Origin: Nageia nagi
Lineage: Eukaryota > Plantae > Pinophyta
DNA: 64,000 nt
Direction: 5' to 3'
Assembly: GCA_050084985.1 (NCBI GenBank)
Contig: JBITNC010000001.1
Span: 166,842,001 to 166,906,000 of the forward strand
Under the pieces are notes generated by a model that was not told the DNA's origin, did no database searches, and saw only the letters and a list, made by a program, of their open reading frames with translations. The position numbers and the translations under genes are program-made. Shown here piece after piece: positions 50,076-64,000 of the stretch; position 1 is the first letter of the stretch, and each line of letters opens with the position of its first letter.

Positions 50076-50199
50076 ATGTAATTCCTTAGGAAGTGCACCT
50101 ACAAAAACATAATATATACAATTATTTTGAAAATATAACTAATAAAAAGAACTATTCACACTTTACACATTTTATGGGTGTTAAAAAATCACCCTATCA

Positions 50200-53100
50200 A
50201 CTAGTAATGTTTTATATGGATCCCATTCACTAGTATAGGATTCAATAATAATATAAGGCTTGCTCTATAAGGAAACAAATTTTTGATGCTTCCTAGTTTT
50301 TGCTCTTTCCTCATCCCATTTGAGGACTATATCCCCAATTTGAAACTTTACCCAAGAAGCCTTCTTTTTGTTGAACCATATTTTGACAATATTTTGTCTA
50401 TGTTGGAGAGCCTAATAAGCCTTGTTTTCTTTCTTCTTCTAGCTTGATCAACTAATTGAATCTAATTTGCAATGGCTCAAAGACATAGTCTTCTAACTCC
50501 TATAGGATTTTTAGTGCAAGAAACTCAAGATGAATAGGAAGCATAGGTATTTTACTATAAACTAATGCATAGGGTGATGTTTTAATAGTAGATTTGATAC
50601 TAATTCTATCATACCATAATGCATAGTCCAACTTTGTATGCCACTACTTGGGATTCCCTTCAATGATTCTCTTCATGATTTGGGTTATGTTTTTGTTTGT
50701 TGAATTAGCCAACCTATTACCTTGCATGTAATAGTTTGAAGAGAAATGTTAACAGATACTATATTCAGCAACAAAATATGATAGATTAGCCCTAATGAAT
50801 GTAGAACTATTATTTGATACAATGGTTTGTGGGATACCAAATTGAGTGATCAATCTCTTTACCATCTCTATAATTGCCTCCTAATTTGCATTTTTACATA
50901 GCATTGCTTCTAACCACCTTGTGAAAGTATATTGCAATCAAGATAAATTTGTGTTAATAACACCAATGAAATCTAAACCCCATTGTTGGAAAGGTTCTTC
51001 AACAACCATAAGTTTCAAAGTTAGCTTATATTCTTTTTCCCACATACCTATTGCATTTGTCACAATCCTAGACTATATTATAGGAATATTAGAACAAATT
51101 AGGCCAATAATAGTCCTCTTGCAATATTTTTGCTATTGTAGTAGGACTACTATAGTGTCCACCAGAGAATCCATAGTGAAATTCATGTAGAATTATCTAA
51201 GATTCATCATGAGTTACACATCTTAATAGGGTTTGGTCAAAATTCTTCCTATAGAGGTGATCATAAATCATTGTGAATTTAAGTGCTTGCAACCTAAATC
51301 TTCTTCTCTAAAATATATCAAAAAATTTAAAGAAGATTCTAGTTCTAAAATATATAATATATTATTTTATTCAATCACTCTCTTCATTTAGATGCTCTTC
51401 ATCCTCTATGAAAGAAATTATGTGTGTTTCCTATGCTATGTTCTCATAGAGGGCTCTTCCTTTGATAAGCTTATTTGCTTTGATTTTGACATCATATTCC
51501 ATTATTCTTGTTATCCAACTAACTTTTTCTTCACCTAATTCTCCTTGAATAACATAGTTTCTTACACCAAGGTGACTGGTATATACAAGAATCTAATTTT
51601 GATACACATAATGCTTGAATTTTTTGAGACCTCTCATAATAGAGAACACTTGCTTTTTAATAAATGAATATTTTACCTAATGTTTATGCAGTGTTTGACT
51701 ATGATAGGTTATTAGATGTTCTTCCTTCTAGCTATCCTTTTGTGCCAGTATGAATGCAATGCTTTTCTCTACTCCATAAGCATACATGATAAAATATTTT
51801 AAAAAATATGGATTTTTTAAAATTGTAGCTTTTGTTATAGCTTTTTTGATATCATGAAAATCTTTCTTTGTTTCATCTGACTAAAAGAAGTGAGCATCTT
51901 TTTTTAGCATTGCGATGGTTGGGGAAATAATATGATAGAAATCACTAATAAATTTTCTAGCAAAATTTTTTTGACCAAGGAAATATTGCAAGGCCTTCTT
52001 ATTTGAGGGCAAAGGTAATATCTCAATAGCTTTAAATCTATCAGGATCAATTACCAACCCTTCATATGAAATAATTTGGTCAAGTAATTTTCCTTGGTTA
52101 ACCATAAAAACATTTTTTTTGGGATTGATAGAAATCCTGAATTGCATGCATCTATCAAATACTTTTTGGAGATGGTTTAAGTGATACTTTCTACTTTTAT
52201 AAAATACTATAATGCCATCTAAATAGAAAAGGATTATCTTATCTATCAGCTCACCAAAGGCATGATCCATTGCTATTTGAAAAGTAGCCCTAGCATTGGC
52301 AAGATCAAAAGACATTCTCTAAAATGCAAATGTACTTGAATTAGTAGTGAATGCATTTTGATACTAATCCTCATCCTTAATCTAGCTTTGGTTGATTCAT
52401 GAACAACCATCAATCATAGAAAAATAACATGCTCTAGCTACTATTTGTAGGATTTGTGCCATGGGAGGAAGAGGATAGTTGTCTTTGACAAACACTTGAT
52501 CTAGATTTCTAAAATCTACACATAGTCTGATTTCTCCATTATTTTTCCTTATTGGGACTAAATTTGGTACCCAATAAGAATGTGTGATAGGATAAATAAT
52601 TTTAGCATCTAGAAGTTTGAGCAACTCCTATTTCATAGCTTCTTCTATCCTTGGGTTTATCAATATCTACTTCTTCCTATATGGTTTTGCCTCTAGCTCT
52701 TCGATGGTGTGTTGGATCACATTCTTATCATTGATTTTTAGATCATCATAAGTCCATGCAATTACCTTGCCAAATTCATGACAAATTTGAAGTATCATCT
52801 TCTTTTATTCTTTAGTGTATTTTGATCCAATTTTTATGCATTTTCTCGATTCAACTTCTAGCTCAATATTGCTTTCCTTTTGAATAGCCAACATTTTAGC
52901 TCTTTGAATATCTTAAGAATGAAAACACCATTCAAAGGAGAGTAAAACTTTGGGTATAACATTATTTTTTAGTTGTATAACATTCAATTCTTGAGAACAA
53001 TTAGGGAGTTCTATAACACCAAAGGTGTGATCTACTGCTTCATCTATAAAAAAGTTCATGATATGATCATCAGAGTCAAATACGTATGAAAACATTGCAA

Positions 53101-55400
53101 TGTTAGGTACAAGTGGCCTACACAAAACTTTAACTCCATAACTACCTCTCTTATAATAAGCATGGTTAAAATGTGCTCCTTTTCTTGCAAGTGCATCAGC
53201 AATTTGATTGTACTTTCTAGGAATAAGAATAAAATTGATTTCCAAGAATATCTCTACTTACTAAGGGTAATTCATGCAGTTTAGCTCAATGATATTCTTA
53301 AGATGGACATTCTTGGTACCCTTATTTGGTATTTTGACATATTTTTTTAGAAAGGGAGTAGGAGTTGTATGTAATCTAAAGCTAAATACCCTCCCAACTT
53401 GGCCATGAACTCTTTAGACAAGCATATCCCAAAAAAATATGGAAGATCAACTACAATAATATCTTGAATGACATAAATATAATGGAATACATTCAGGGTT
53501 ATGGTAACTCCTTTAACACTTCTAATCACATATACAAGGGAAGAATCTAGTTGTATGACTCCATACATGGATAAAGTTATATAATATTTCATCTCATTTG
53601 TAGTAGCTTTGGGAATAATAATAATGGTAGCTCTGATATCAATCATACAATTGTTAACTATCCAACCTTATAATCTAAGGGATAGATAAAAAGGTGGAGG
53701 TCTTATTCTAACTATAGGATTTGAAGGGACAAAATTAAAATTTACAAACACTATATTACCCTTATTTTTCCTTTTTTTACTATTCTTAATCTTCAAAGAT
53801 TCTTACAAAAGGTCAATTTGGCCTAAAATGCTTAATGCATCAAATATTATCATTTTAGTTGGTGTTCTTTTCAATTCTTCCATAATATTGTATGGAACAT
53901 AAGAGGATGACTTACTTATTTTAGTAGGTTGATAATATTTGAATTATTGAGTAGCCTTCTCCTTATGATGTTTAGTTAGGAAAGGATATCTCAATGGAGC
54001 AAGTCTCTCCTTTTTCGAGACTTCATTTTTGGTTTGAGTAGAATTTATTATAAGAGGAATAACATTACTTGGGCCTTGTGAAACTTGACCTGAATGATTT
54101 GAAAGTTGATTTATTTGATTTTATGGTTGAAAAATAGAAGCCTTAGCTCTCTTTAGATTAGGTTGAGCTAGAATGGGTTGCTAATTTTGCTTAATGACTT
54201 GGGCTTGCTGCTAAAGTAGAATCTCTAGTTTGTACATAGTTGGCTTATTCTCTAGCATAACTCAAAACCTAAAAATTAACCATGGTAAGATCTATAGCAG
54301 AGTTTGATGTACGTTCTACCATTTGATTAGAATGTAAGACCAAATATTGATGTTGATACATTGCATAGAAGTCTATAAAATGTGGAGCTGAATAAGGAGG
54401 ACACCATTCTATAATACCTGTAGCATCACTCTCTACATAACTAGTAATAACTATGTTGTTTATATCTTTAGGATCAAGAGGCTATTTTGGCTAATTATTT
54501 TTGGATTGGAATCTTGGATGATACTAATTATCATATCTCTTATAATTGAAACTTTAATTCTACCTCTCTTATAGAGTGAGCTTATATGTGAAGTTCCTAA
54601 TTGTTATCTCTAGTTATCTTATCCTCTTGTGAGTTTGAACTAGTACTTATACTTATAAATGCAAGAGCTAGTACTTGATTTTGAGCCATAGGCTTAGGAG
54701 GCAGAGGTGGTAAAGCTAGGACTTCTAAATAAAGAATCTATAATGGAGCTTGCTTTGAAGGTAAATTAGAAAATAAGAGCATAACAGATTTTGATTGCAT
54801 TTTTCCAAAATACACCAAGGTATGTTTAACAGTTTTGGCTATTTGATAGGCATCTAGGAAAATATCTCTTGACATAAGGATTAATACAATTATATTTTAG
54901 TGAAATGCTTTCCTATAGTATACCAAGGCTTAAGCATTTATTGGTTTGATCTTTACTAGAATGGAGTTACAATTTTTCTCAAATCTTATATTGAAATCAT
55001 CCACATACTCATGTGGATGTCTTTTAATGCATGCTATGAGGATTATAAAGGTACTATAATCACCATATTCAACAAATATTTTTAGTAAAACTTGACATAG
55101 CTCTCCCATGATTTATTGACTAAGGAGTGAGAGTTCTAAATCATTCAACAACCTTTCCTCCAATTGAATGTGATAACAATTTGGTCATGATAGTTTCATC
55201 ATTGATATCAAAACTAGAGGAAAAAAGAGATACATATTAGTAATGTTCAAATGACATTTTTCTCAATCTATCATACTTAGGTAAAAATTTAAAGGCTACT
55301 TTGGGAATAGCTAGGGAATTGATAGGAACTACAAATGGATGACTATTATTCTAAGCAAGAAAGTCAACAGGGGTAGGTTGAGCCATGTTTGGACCAATTG
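50200..55400 (-). pseudogene. Degenerate TatII gag-pol
   Basis: gag FLPKYD..EH..TKLLSHSIGGKV (~55100-55300); PR PPPFYLSL..NCMID (53347-53700); aRH tail IPRKYNQIADALA..RPLVPN (52913-53245); RT GEIRLCVDFRNLDQ..DNYPLP (52397-52624) and 51881-52315; INT PFQQWGLDFIG, SSNYYMQGNRLA. Confidence 0.9.
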
Positions 55401-55717
55401 TGTGAGGTGAAGGATTTTATTGGATTGAATCAAATATAGTTGTTAATGGAATGACTCTCAAAGGAATTTGTGGGGATAAAGTCCAGCTAATCTTTCACCT
55501 AGTATCCTTTAAAGAATTGATATCTCTAAAAATCTAGGCTATTGAGAAGAATTTCTAGTACTACTTTTGGTAAATGTATGAATTGGAGGTGACATGGTTT
55601 AAAAAATTGATTGGTATGACATCAAATTCACTAATAAGGTCTATTAAACCTTATAAACTTTAAATTACAAGGGTGATAGCCTACCAAACATAGCTATTTA
55701 GCCTATTCACATCCAAA

Positions 55718-57712
55718 TGATTTGGATAATGTAACCTAAGGGTTTGGTCTAGTAAATTCTCCATTTTTTAATAATAATAGGATTCTTGAAAGAGAAAAAG
55801 TGGTGGGATAGTGCACTCATAGGGGTTTTCCACTCAATATTTGGATTATAGGCTAGTTCTTATTTAATAAAAGAGCTTAAAAGTAACTAGAAAGAGATAA
55901 AAGAGGTCAAGAGTAATAGGAAAGTGATGAAAATCTAAATTGCAGAAAGCAAACTAAAACTAATCATTCCAAGAATCACTACAAAAGTAATAATACATTG
56001 CCAAGACTAAGAATTAAATAACTAACTTAATCTTGGGGTCTCATAATTGCAATACATAGCCATAATTTAGGACAATGCTTCATACATAGTGATTACAAAA
56101 CAAGATAAAAGCCACAAATCATAAAGGGAAAAATATCATAGTATTGCATTATCATATATGAAAACACTTCTCATACTCAAAAACATTTTCTAAAGTGTTT
56201 TACCTTTTGGACCTCTAATAGTCCACTATTTATAATGTTCTATTTAAAAAATGGGTGGTTGTCCACCATTAATAACTACAACTACTCTATTAACTAAGAT
56301 TAGAATAGACTTAAATATTTATAATCATGTACAAGAAAATATACAACTATGATTGATTATGGATTATGGTTCTGATGCAATGCCAATTCTTGGAATTTAT
56401 ATACATTCAATCATGTACCTATCCAATCACAATCAATCATCCTTTATCTCTTGACCATGGCACATTTGAACTATTACTAAATTAATAAGATATTGGTGGA
56501 TATAATAAAATACAATTAAGTCTTTTAATTAATTTGCAATCTACCAACCCTATGTAATCATGAAATGCTTCTTCTATAGTTCTAGTGCTAACTACTGAAT
56601 GGATGAAGGAAGATATAACCTTTCAAGCCTAAGAGTGAACTATTACTACCATGTGGAAATGAGTTGTAATTGATACATTGGAAAAGTCTCAGGGATCATA
56701 CACTCTTGATTTAGTGGACGCAAGCGTTCCTCTCTTCTTACAATGTTCACTTGCCTTTGGAGGGTCTTGTTACATATTGGTGGGTATTGTTGAAACTTGA
56801 GATATTATCACTTATCGATTTGTTTGAAAAGGTGTGACATCATTGATTAAAATTGGTAGGGTCTATTGAATATGAAGTTATGAATAACTCCTACTATAAA
56901 GAACCATTGGAATTATTCATTAACTAAATTATCTAGAGCCTATTGATTTCCATTGATAAGTATGATGTCACTTTTGAATTTTCATGAACCCTATTTCATT
57001 TAACTCTTTCAATAATGCCCATTATATGACTTGGATAGAACTAGTGACTATGTTCAACAATGTTTGGGAATAACCCTCAAACTATAAAGGACTAAAACTT
57101 AAGAAACAAGAAATGAGATAGGACTTGAAGATGACTTAGGAATACACATAAAATATATACAATAATACCCAAAAAAAAGACCTAGATTAGACTTCAAAAA
57201 TTCTCAAAAATGACTTAGCCAATATTACAAAATGGAGACTTCTTCAACCTATGACTAATACACATCTCCTGGACATGACTTATTCAAATATGCACAAATA
57301 AAACCCAACTTATTGCAAAATGGTAGTTTTAAAAAATATTTTATTGACTAAAACTTCATAACACAAATATGACCTAAAAACTACTTAAATAAAACCATAT
57401 TCTGACAAAAGAACATATAATACAAGACTCTTAAGAAAAAGAGTAAGTATATACAATGTAAGATTAGGACTAAATTTTGTACAAGTATTTATAAATGAAA
57501 GAAATAAGAATAAGAAATGGGAAGTATAAAAAGGGTTTTATTGGGAAAGGAATGAATAAATGAAAGAATAATGAAGATAAAGAATATGGGAATAAGAAAT
57601 GGAAAGTATAGAAAGGGTTTTATTGGAAAAGAAATGAATAAATGAAATAATAATTAATGTAAAGATTACTTCTTTTAGAGTGTAATTATGTAATAATAAC
57701 AATAACACATCA
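55718..57712 (-). repeat. TatII 5' LTR
   Basis: tgatttggataatgtaacc...aacacatca; tgg-starting PBS candidate at 55701-55715 on -. Confidence 0.88.
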
Positions 57713-60680
57713 ATATAATGTTATAGATTGCAATAACATTCAATTACAATGAGAAAAAATGCTCAATCCACTTTCACCACCTAAAGTAACTAAGCATATA
57801 AAGGAAAAACTCTCATAAATAATGTAGGACCAACCTAAAAGTCCTAATATATCAACCCCTAAAAATCAATAATCCCTAATCCAAGAAATAACAAGGGATC
57901 AAGATCCTCCATTTCCATATAGATTATAGGTGCAACCTAAGCCAAGTCCTACTTCCAAATTTGTTCTTATTTAAGAGATTAAGAATGTCAAATTTTTTAT
58001 TTCTATCATTCAAGCCACAAAGAATGTTCCCATCTATTCCAAAATCATAATGGAACTATAACTTAGAAAAACAAGTAGGGAAAAGGAAGATCCTACCCTA
58101 GTCCATGTAGTGGGACAACTAGCAAATCTCATGGCTGACAAAATAATCATACCTAAGTATAGGGACTCAAATAGCCTAGTGGTTAGAATAAATAATGGAA
58201 CTCATCAAATTGATAATGTATTGATATATTTGGTAGAAACAATAAATGTGATGATAAAAGAAATAATAAACATGAATAACTTAAACTATTTACTCAACAC
58301 CCCAATTATGTACAAATGGTCGATAGGTTAATAGTAAAGTCTCTAAGTATCCTAGAATATGTCACTATCAATGTGGATTCATGGTAATATCCCATAAATT
58401 TGATGGTATTTCAATGAAAGATTCCTTTGAGAGGTTATCCTCTAATCTTGGGATGAACCTAGCTTACAACATTTGATGTCAACATTGGATGTTGAAATCA
58501 AAATATGACTATTTTAGATGGCCTATATACCAAAGAATTATCTTTGTTTCCACTAGCTCAATTGGCTAGTCTTGAGAAACATACTTAGTATGAAGAATAT
58601 TGTGATGATGAATACTATATGTTACCCATTACCACCATAACTACAATCATGGAGGAAAAGGAAGTTATTTAACCTAAAGCCCTAGCCACCATAGAATGAG
58701 AGTATGCAAAACAAATGATGGATGAGCTTGAATGTCCCCTATACATTGTTGTTTCTCATATAGCAATAATAACAATTCACAAATGCATTCCACACTATGT
58801 GTAATCCTAAAAGTGTTGGTAGACACCTTGATCATATATACAATTGATATAAGAATCAAATAGATAGAAATTGAATAGGATAATACTCTAAACATTAGCA
58901 ACCAACTTGAACATAATAAAAAAATGATTAATTTAGCTATTCAAATCATATTTATATGTATTTACATGGGATTATAAGGACATGCATGGTATCCATCCAT
59001 TAGTCTATATGTACCACATCTACATGAAAGAAAGCTTCCATATTGTATGAGAACCATAATGAAGTATAAACCCAACTATTGGGGAAATTATAAAAGTAGA
59101 ACTTCAAATACTCCTTGAAGTTGATTTCATTTATCCTGTATTTGATACCTAATGGTTTTCTCCATTGGTTATTATACCTTAAAAAAAGGTAAGTGGAGGA
59201 TTTGTATTGATTATAGGGATCTAAACAAAGCCACCAAGAAAGATTACTTTCCACTTTTATTTATTTATCAGGTATTGGATACCCATTTTGGTAAGCCATA
59301 TTTCACCTTTTTAGATGGTTTTGGTGGATATAATAAAATACAAGTAGCTCCTAAAGACCAAGATAAGACCACCTTCACTTATCTGTGGGGAATATTTGCA
59401 TTCAAATTTCTTCCATTTAGACTTTGCAATGTGCTTATAACTATCCAAAGAGCATTGTTGATAATCTTTTCTAATATCACACATGACCACTTTGAGGTAT
59501 ATATGGATGACTTCACTATTTATGGTGACACTTTTAACCAAACTCTAGATAGTTTGGAGAATGTATTCATTTAGTGTAGAGAAAAACACCTATCCTTGAT
59601 TCATGAAAAATATTTTATGATGATGATAGAAGGTATTATACTTAATCATCACATCTCTAGAAAAGGCATAGAAGTGGATCATGATAAAGTCGCAATAAAA
59701 ATAATAATCTCTACCCTCTAAAAAAAGTGATAGATGTGTAGAGTTTCTTAGGATATGTTGGATACTATAGATGTTTTATGAAATAATTCAATAACATGGT
59801 CACTCATTTATTCACATTATTTCTAAAGGATGTTGAATTTCATTAGACTCTCAAGTTCCAACAAGCCTTTACTATGTTGAAGCATCAAATTTTGATAATA
59901 ACTATTTTGTGGGGACCTAATTGAAAGCTACCTTTTCACATACACATGGATGCATCAAATAAAACATTGGATGTAACTATAGCATAGGAAGAAAATAGAG
60001 AATATTATGCCATCTGTTGTATTAGTAAAAGCTTACATGGACACAAGCTAGACTATATAGTGATAGAGAAATAATTTCTCATAGTGGTGTATTCCATTAA
60101 CAAATTCTAACACTATATCATAGGATGCCATTTATATGTATACATAGATCACTTTGCTATAAGATACCAAATGAATAAGCCTCTTGTGAATTATATAATA
60201 GTTATATACATAATCCTACTTCAAGAGTTTGATATCACCATAATTGATAAACCAACTCATAATAATGTGGTCATTGATTTCCTATCATAGATTCCTACAA
60301 AATAGTTTTAGATCCCATTTAAGATAAGTTCCCAGATGAAGATCTCTTTTACAATATTGACCCTTAATCCTTGATAAACCAATATTTCCATTGATTTTAT
60401 GATAGGATAATTCCTCCCATACTTTTCTATAAAGGAGAAAAATGACTCATCAATTTTAACCACCATGACATGTGGGTTAAAAACTTTTTTAAATTGAGAT
60501 AGACCACATCCTAAGGAGATGCATGTGTGAGGATGAGACATATGACATCATTCATGCATTAAATACCAAAACATGTGGAGGATATTTGGTACAAATAATA
60601 ACACATAGAATATTGAATATAGGATATTACTATTCATTAATATTTAAAGATATTATAGAATTCATAGCCACATCAATGGT
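57713..60680 (+). pseudogene. Degenerate gag end/PR/RT/RH/integrase N-terminus of Athila-like element
   Basis: PKYRDSNSLVV..NVLIYL..INVM (58110-58331); WRICIDYRDLNKATKKDYFPL..FLDGFGGYN..YMDDFTIYG (59152-59574); FHIHMDASN; LQEFDITI; DIIHALN..CGGY (60523-60680); integrase core missing. Confidence 0.9.
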
Positions 60681-60699
60681 GTATGAATGTGGCAAAATT

Positions 60700-61680
60700 G
60701 GAAATAGTGGTGGTGACTATCTCTTGAAGGAGAGGAGCTAATTGTGAAAACCCAATTTAGGGTATAAAGGGTCAATCTCCCTCTATCATGGTTTGATTTG
60801 GCATACTTCTTGAAGAGGTATATCACCTATTGACACTTTACTATCATTCATGGTATCCATCTCAAGTTCCTCGCACACTTGTACCATTACTAAAGACTAA
60901 AGTGTGTTTTGAACATTCCATTCTTCTTATCCAAATAATTGGAGCAAATAGATGATAATTTTAAGGTTAACCATAATTCTACTTAACTTATCCATCAAGG
61001 GCTAGTGAAGCTCATAATTATGGATGCCCTAACAAGACTACTAGTACCAAGGATTTTTTGTGGTCCAACTTTTGTAAAGGGAAATATCATACTTAAAACA
61101 CAAATGATAGTATCTTGAGGAGAAACCATGTAGGGGAAAAAACCTACAAATAAAAGACAAGGATCCTAAGAGTATGAATTCATCTTAAGAAAGAAGATCA
61201 TAAAAGAAATGACATAGGGAAGTACATATTTTCTCTCCTCTAGTTTGCAAAAAAGAATTCACCATCAAATGATAGTTAAAGGTTGCTTGTGAGAGCAACA
61301 AAAAGTTGAAGGAGAAATTATAATATCTTATATTTGACTTAAAGTAAGCATTGGTGAAATTGTTTTAGAAGGAGGTACCCTCTACAACATTGATATATCT
61401 ATTGCAAGCCCATGAGAAACTGTAAATAGAAAGTGCAAAGTTACATGATGAAGATAGGGATATGCATACAAATCATGAGGAATATCAACTCAACAAGGGA
61501 AATACCTCAATGTATGAACCAATAATAATGATATTTGAAGTATAAGAATCATTAAGGGAACCTTCCGATCTTCCTACTAGCACTATCAAGGAAGAGGGGA
61601 AGAAGAAATCAAAGAAAATGAGATGAGTGAGCATGAAGAGATCATGGACCCACTTGTTGGATTCTATAGGGAAATCAAAC
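60700..61680 (+). pseudogene. Decayed accessory ORF fragment downstream of Athila pol
   Basis: KRYITY..FTIIHGIHLKFLAHL..LNIPFFL..IHQGLVKLIIMDAL (~60810-61035), then a charged low-complexity region. Confidence 0.55.
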
Positions 61681-61683
61681 AAC

Positions 61684-62244
61684 TGCCACCCCCTATTGAT
61701 ACCATAGTAAGGGTATTTTCAATTACCCATTTCATATCAAAATTTGTTATGCTAATTTATCTTGGAGAATATGCATTTGATAGACTATAAAATAAAATTT
61801 TCTTTTTGTCAAACAAGGTTAAATAGTTAAGGGTTAAATTGAGCCAAATCAAATAACAACATGCTTTTGATAAAAAGGAAATGAGCCTTTTAAAACAATA
61901 ATTAGGCTATTATAAGGAAAGGATAGGGAAGTTAGAATAACTAATCCCTTTAGTGAGAGGTTTTAGACCCCCTCTTCATATTTATTCATTAATGTTGAAA
62001 GAGCAATTTTATCTATTCTTAATTTTTAAACTTTTTGTTAGGAATAAATATCAAATTGATATTGTAGTGGATTTATAAACTATTTAGTGTATAATAAATG
62101 CTACCTAGAATGATATTATCTTGAAACTCTTTAATTACAACTACTACCTCCCCACTCAAACTTATTACAATCCAAATCCTTAGGTTGGCAATGTATAAAT
62201 CAAGGCTTTTACATCCACACTATGAATAAAAGGCTTTCGTTACA
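61684..62244 (+). mobile_element. Possible short solo LTR interrupting the accessory ORF
   Basis: tgccaccccc...ttcgttaca; tattataagg TATA-like motif; AT-rich non-coding block between two coding-like stretches; no convincing TSD. Confidence 0.3.
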
Positions 62245-62807
62245 AAGCTACCATAGAGTATGAATTAGAGAGGCAAAGGACATAAGGATTGATACTAAGA
62301 TGGGAGAATGTATACCCTAGCTTCATAATATAAGAACTCAAAGAGTGGGCCAATGGTTTTAGGTGCAGAGAAAAAAATATAGAAATCAAGGAAAAGATGC
62401 TTGAATGAGTGTAGATTATGTTTCATGTGTATATAGATGAAGCCATGATAGGTGTCATGGATAGATATCAATGTTTACCTCTTTTTCTAAGAAGGAGAGA
62501 GCTTATTTTATGAATAAACTATGAAAAGGTATCTAAGAAGTTTCTTTAGTAAATAGAGTTGATACATTATGAAAAGTCAAACAAGTTGGAATTAAGTAGT
62601 GAAAATGATATGTATGCAGTCTAGTACCCCATTTTACCTATGTAGAAATTGAAATATAGTGGTTTAAGGTAGCCATATTCAATGGGTACTATTTTAGTGA
62701 ATCTAGACTAAACCCAAGACCTCTTGATTTCAATAGGCAAGTTGATCAACAACACCTTTGTAATGCATCAGGATATGAAAAACCCTTTAAGTCAAGGCCC
62801 AGGGGGA

Positions 62808-63956
62808 GATGAGTTGTGGAAATGAATAGTTTTTAAGAATTATTTTATGGAATTCAATTTACTTTTTAAGTGCATAAAAATCCTATAGCCTATGTTTTGG
62901 ACCAAATATAATTTTCATTTATGGTTTAAATAATGAATGAATTTTGATATGAAAATGTACATTTTATGTCCTTTTTGCATGAATTTCCTTGAATATTTTA
63001 TACCATAATTTTTATGTAGGATAAATTGAATATATCAAGGTGTTTAAATGTACTTGCAATAATTCTTAACTATTGATTATTGATTCACCTATATGATTAG
63101 ATTTAGTTTACAGAGTAATATCCATAAAGCACATAGAGATCTTTGCACGAATCAATGTATCCATCGTTTATTGCATGAAGACAAAGATAAATTAAAATGT
63201 GATCAATGGGTGAAATAGAAATGGAAGAAGTAATTTATTATTTGTAATTATATATATTCTTTAGGTTTTTTATTCATATTAATATAAAATGTAATAGTCT
63301 AAAAGATAATGGGATGATATAAAATAGAGAATCAATCATATGCAATACTAATTGTCTATGTAAGAATTTTGGAACAATGATATGTAATACTTTTGAAATG
63401 AATAAAGAGTATAATTCCTTTTATATTTATTAGTATCTATTAATATAAATTGAACTCTAGTTTGGGAAGGGATCCACCTACAACTTAGTTGAACCATAAC
63501 TTCTAGTTAGTATTTTTAATTTTTATTTTATATTCTTCATGTCATAGTGTGTAGAGTCCATAGTTTTGTATCATGATCTCGATAAATACCATGTGTTTCT
63601 CTAATTATTGTCATCTATTGTTGGCCATTTGTTCTAGTATTTACAATTATTTGAGTTTAAATAGTTTGAGTTCATTTTCTCTTAAAATTTAAGTTATTTT
63701 TCAGCATTATGGTTTGATAGAATATAATTTCTTTCACCAATGTCTATTATTTTCCATAGAATTCTTTCCTTGTTATCAAAGTTATTGATTTTGGTATAGT
63801 ATTCAAGCATTTTCCTTTCATCATATTTAGTAAGAATAGATTAGAATTATTTTTCATATGATCAATCACAAATCCAATTTGCACATGTATTAGAAGACCC
63901 TTGGAAATCAAGTTGGCTTCAAATTGACAATTAAATGATATATAGAAAACCAATCA
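62808..63956 (+). repeat. 3' LTR of Athila-like element
   Basis: Follows PPT aggggga (62801-62807); matches the 5' LTR except for a ~190-bp deletion; ends accaatca. Confidence 0.8.
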
Positions 63957-64000
63957 CTTGCAATGGCTATTGAATCTAGTATGAAAATATAGTGATCTTT

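Larger units (their letters stand above)
43851..57712 (-). mobile_element. Ty3/gypsy Tat-clade element (TatII-like) nested in Athila gag
   Basis: ~2-kb LTRs (43851-~45844 and 55718-57712, TGAT..ATCA); gag-PR-aRH-RT-RH-INT then an extra ORF; TSD actat vs a-tat (imperfect); host coding resumes at 57713. Confidence 0.87.
34626..63956 (+). mobile_element. Ty3/gypsy Athila-like element, old, with nested copia and TatII
   Basis: Homologous LTRs at both ends, decayed Athila-type PBS, gag-PR-RT-RH on +, PPT aggggga. TSD is poor (tatgc/cttgc), so pairing of the two LTRs is likely but not proven. Confidence 0.75.

Overview
Very AT-rich, strongly CpG-depleted plant intergenic DNA, probably from a gymnosperm given the TatII-type element and conifer-style gag and accessory ORFs (inference). 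It consists almost entirely of nested, decayed retrotransposons. I see no intact host gene, RNA gene or intact retroelement ORF. Reconstructed architecture: (i) the 3' part of a Reina-like chromovirus lacking RT/RNase H (1-1790, +). (ii) A Tekay-like chromovirus (3666-27821, -) with a CRM-like element in its integrase (7746-16015, -), which itself holds a 1.66-kb poly(A)-tailed orphan insertion (7759-9417), plus a 5.2-kb solo-LTR-like insert in its 5' LTR (21164-26369). (iii) A 4.7-kb non-autonomous LTR element (29029-33705, -). (iv) An Athila-like element (~34626-63956, +) with a Ty1/copia in its 5' LTR (35792-40881, -) and a TatII-like element in its gag (43851-57712, -). LTR ends, PBS, PPT and TSDs were read by eye; lineage names come from remembered motif similarity, not searches. 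I cannot support a clearly new biological system. The best leads are the orphan retroposon, the coding-poor LTR element, two accessory ORFs, a templated repair scar and a focal CpG-retaining LTR promoter.
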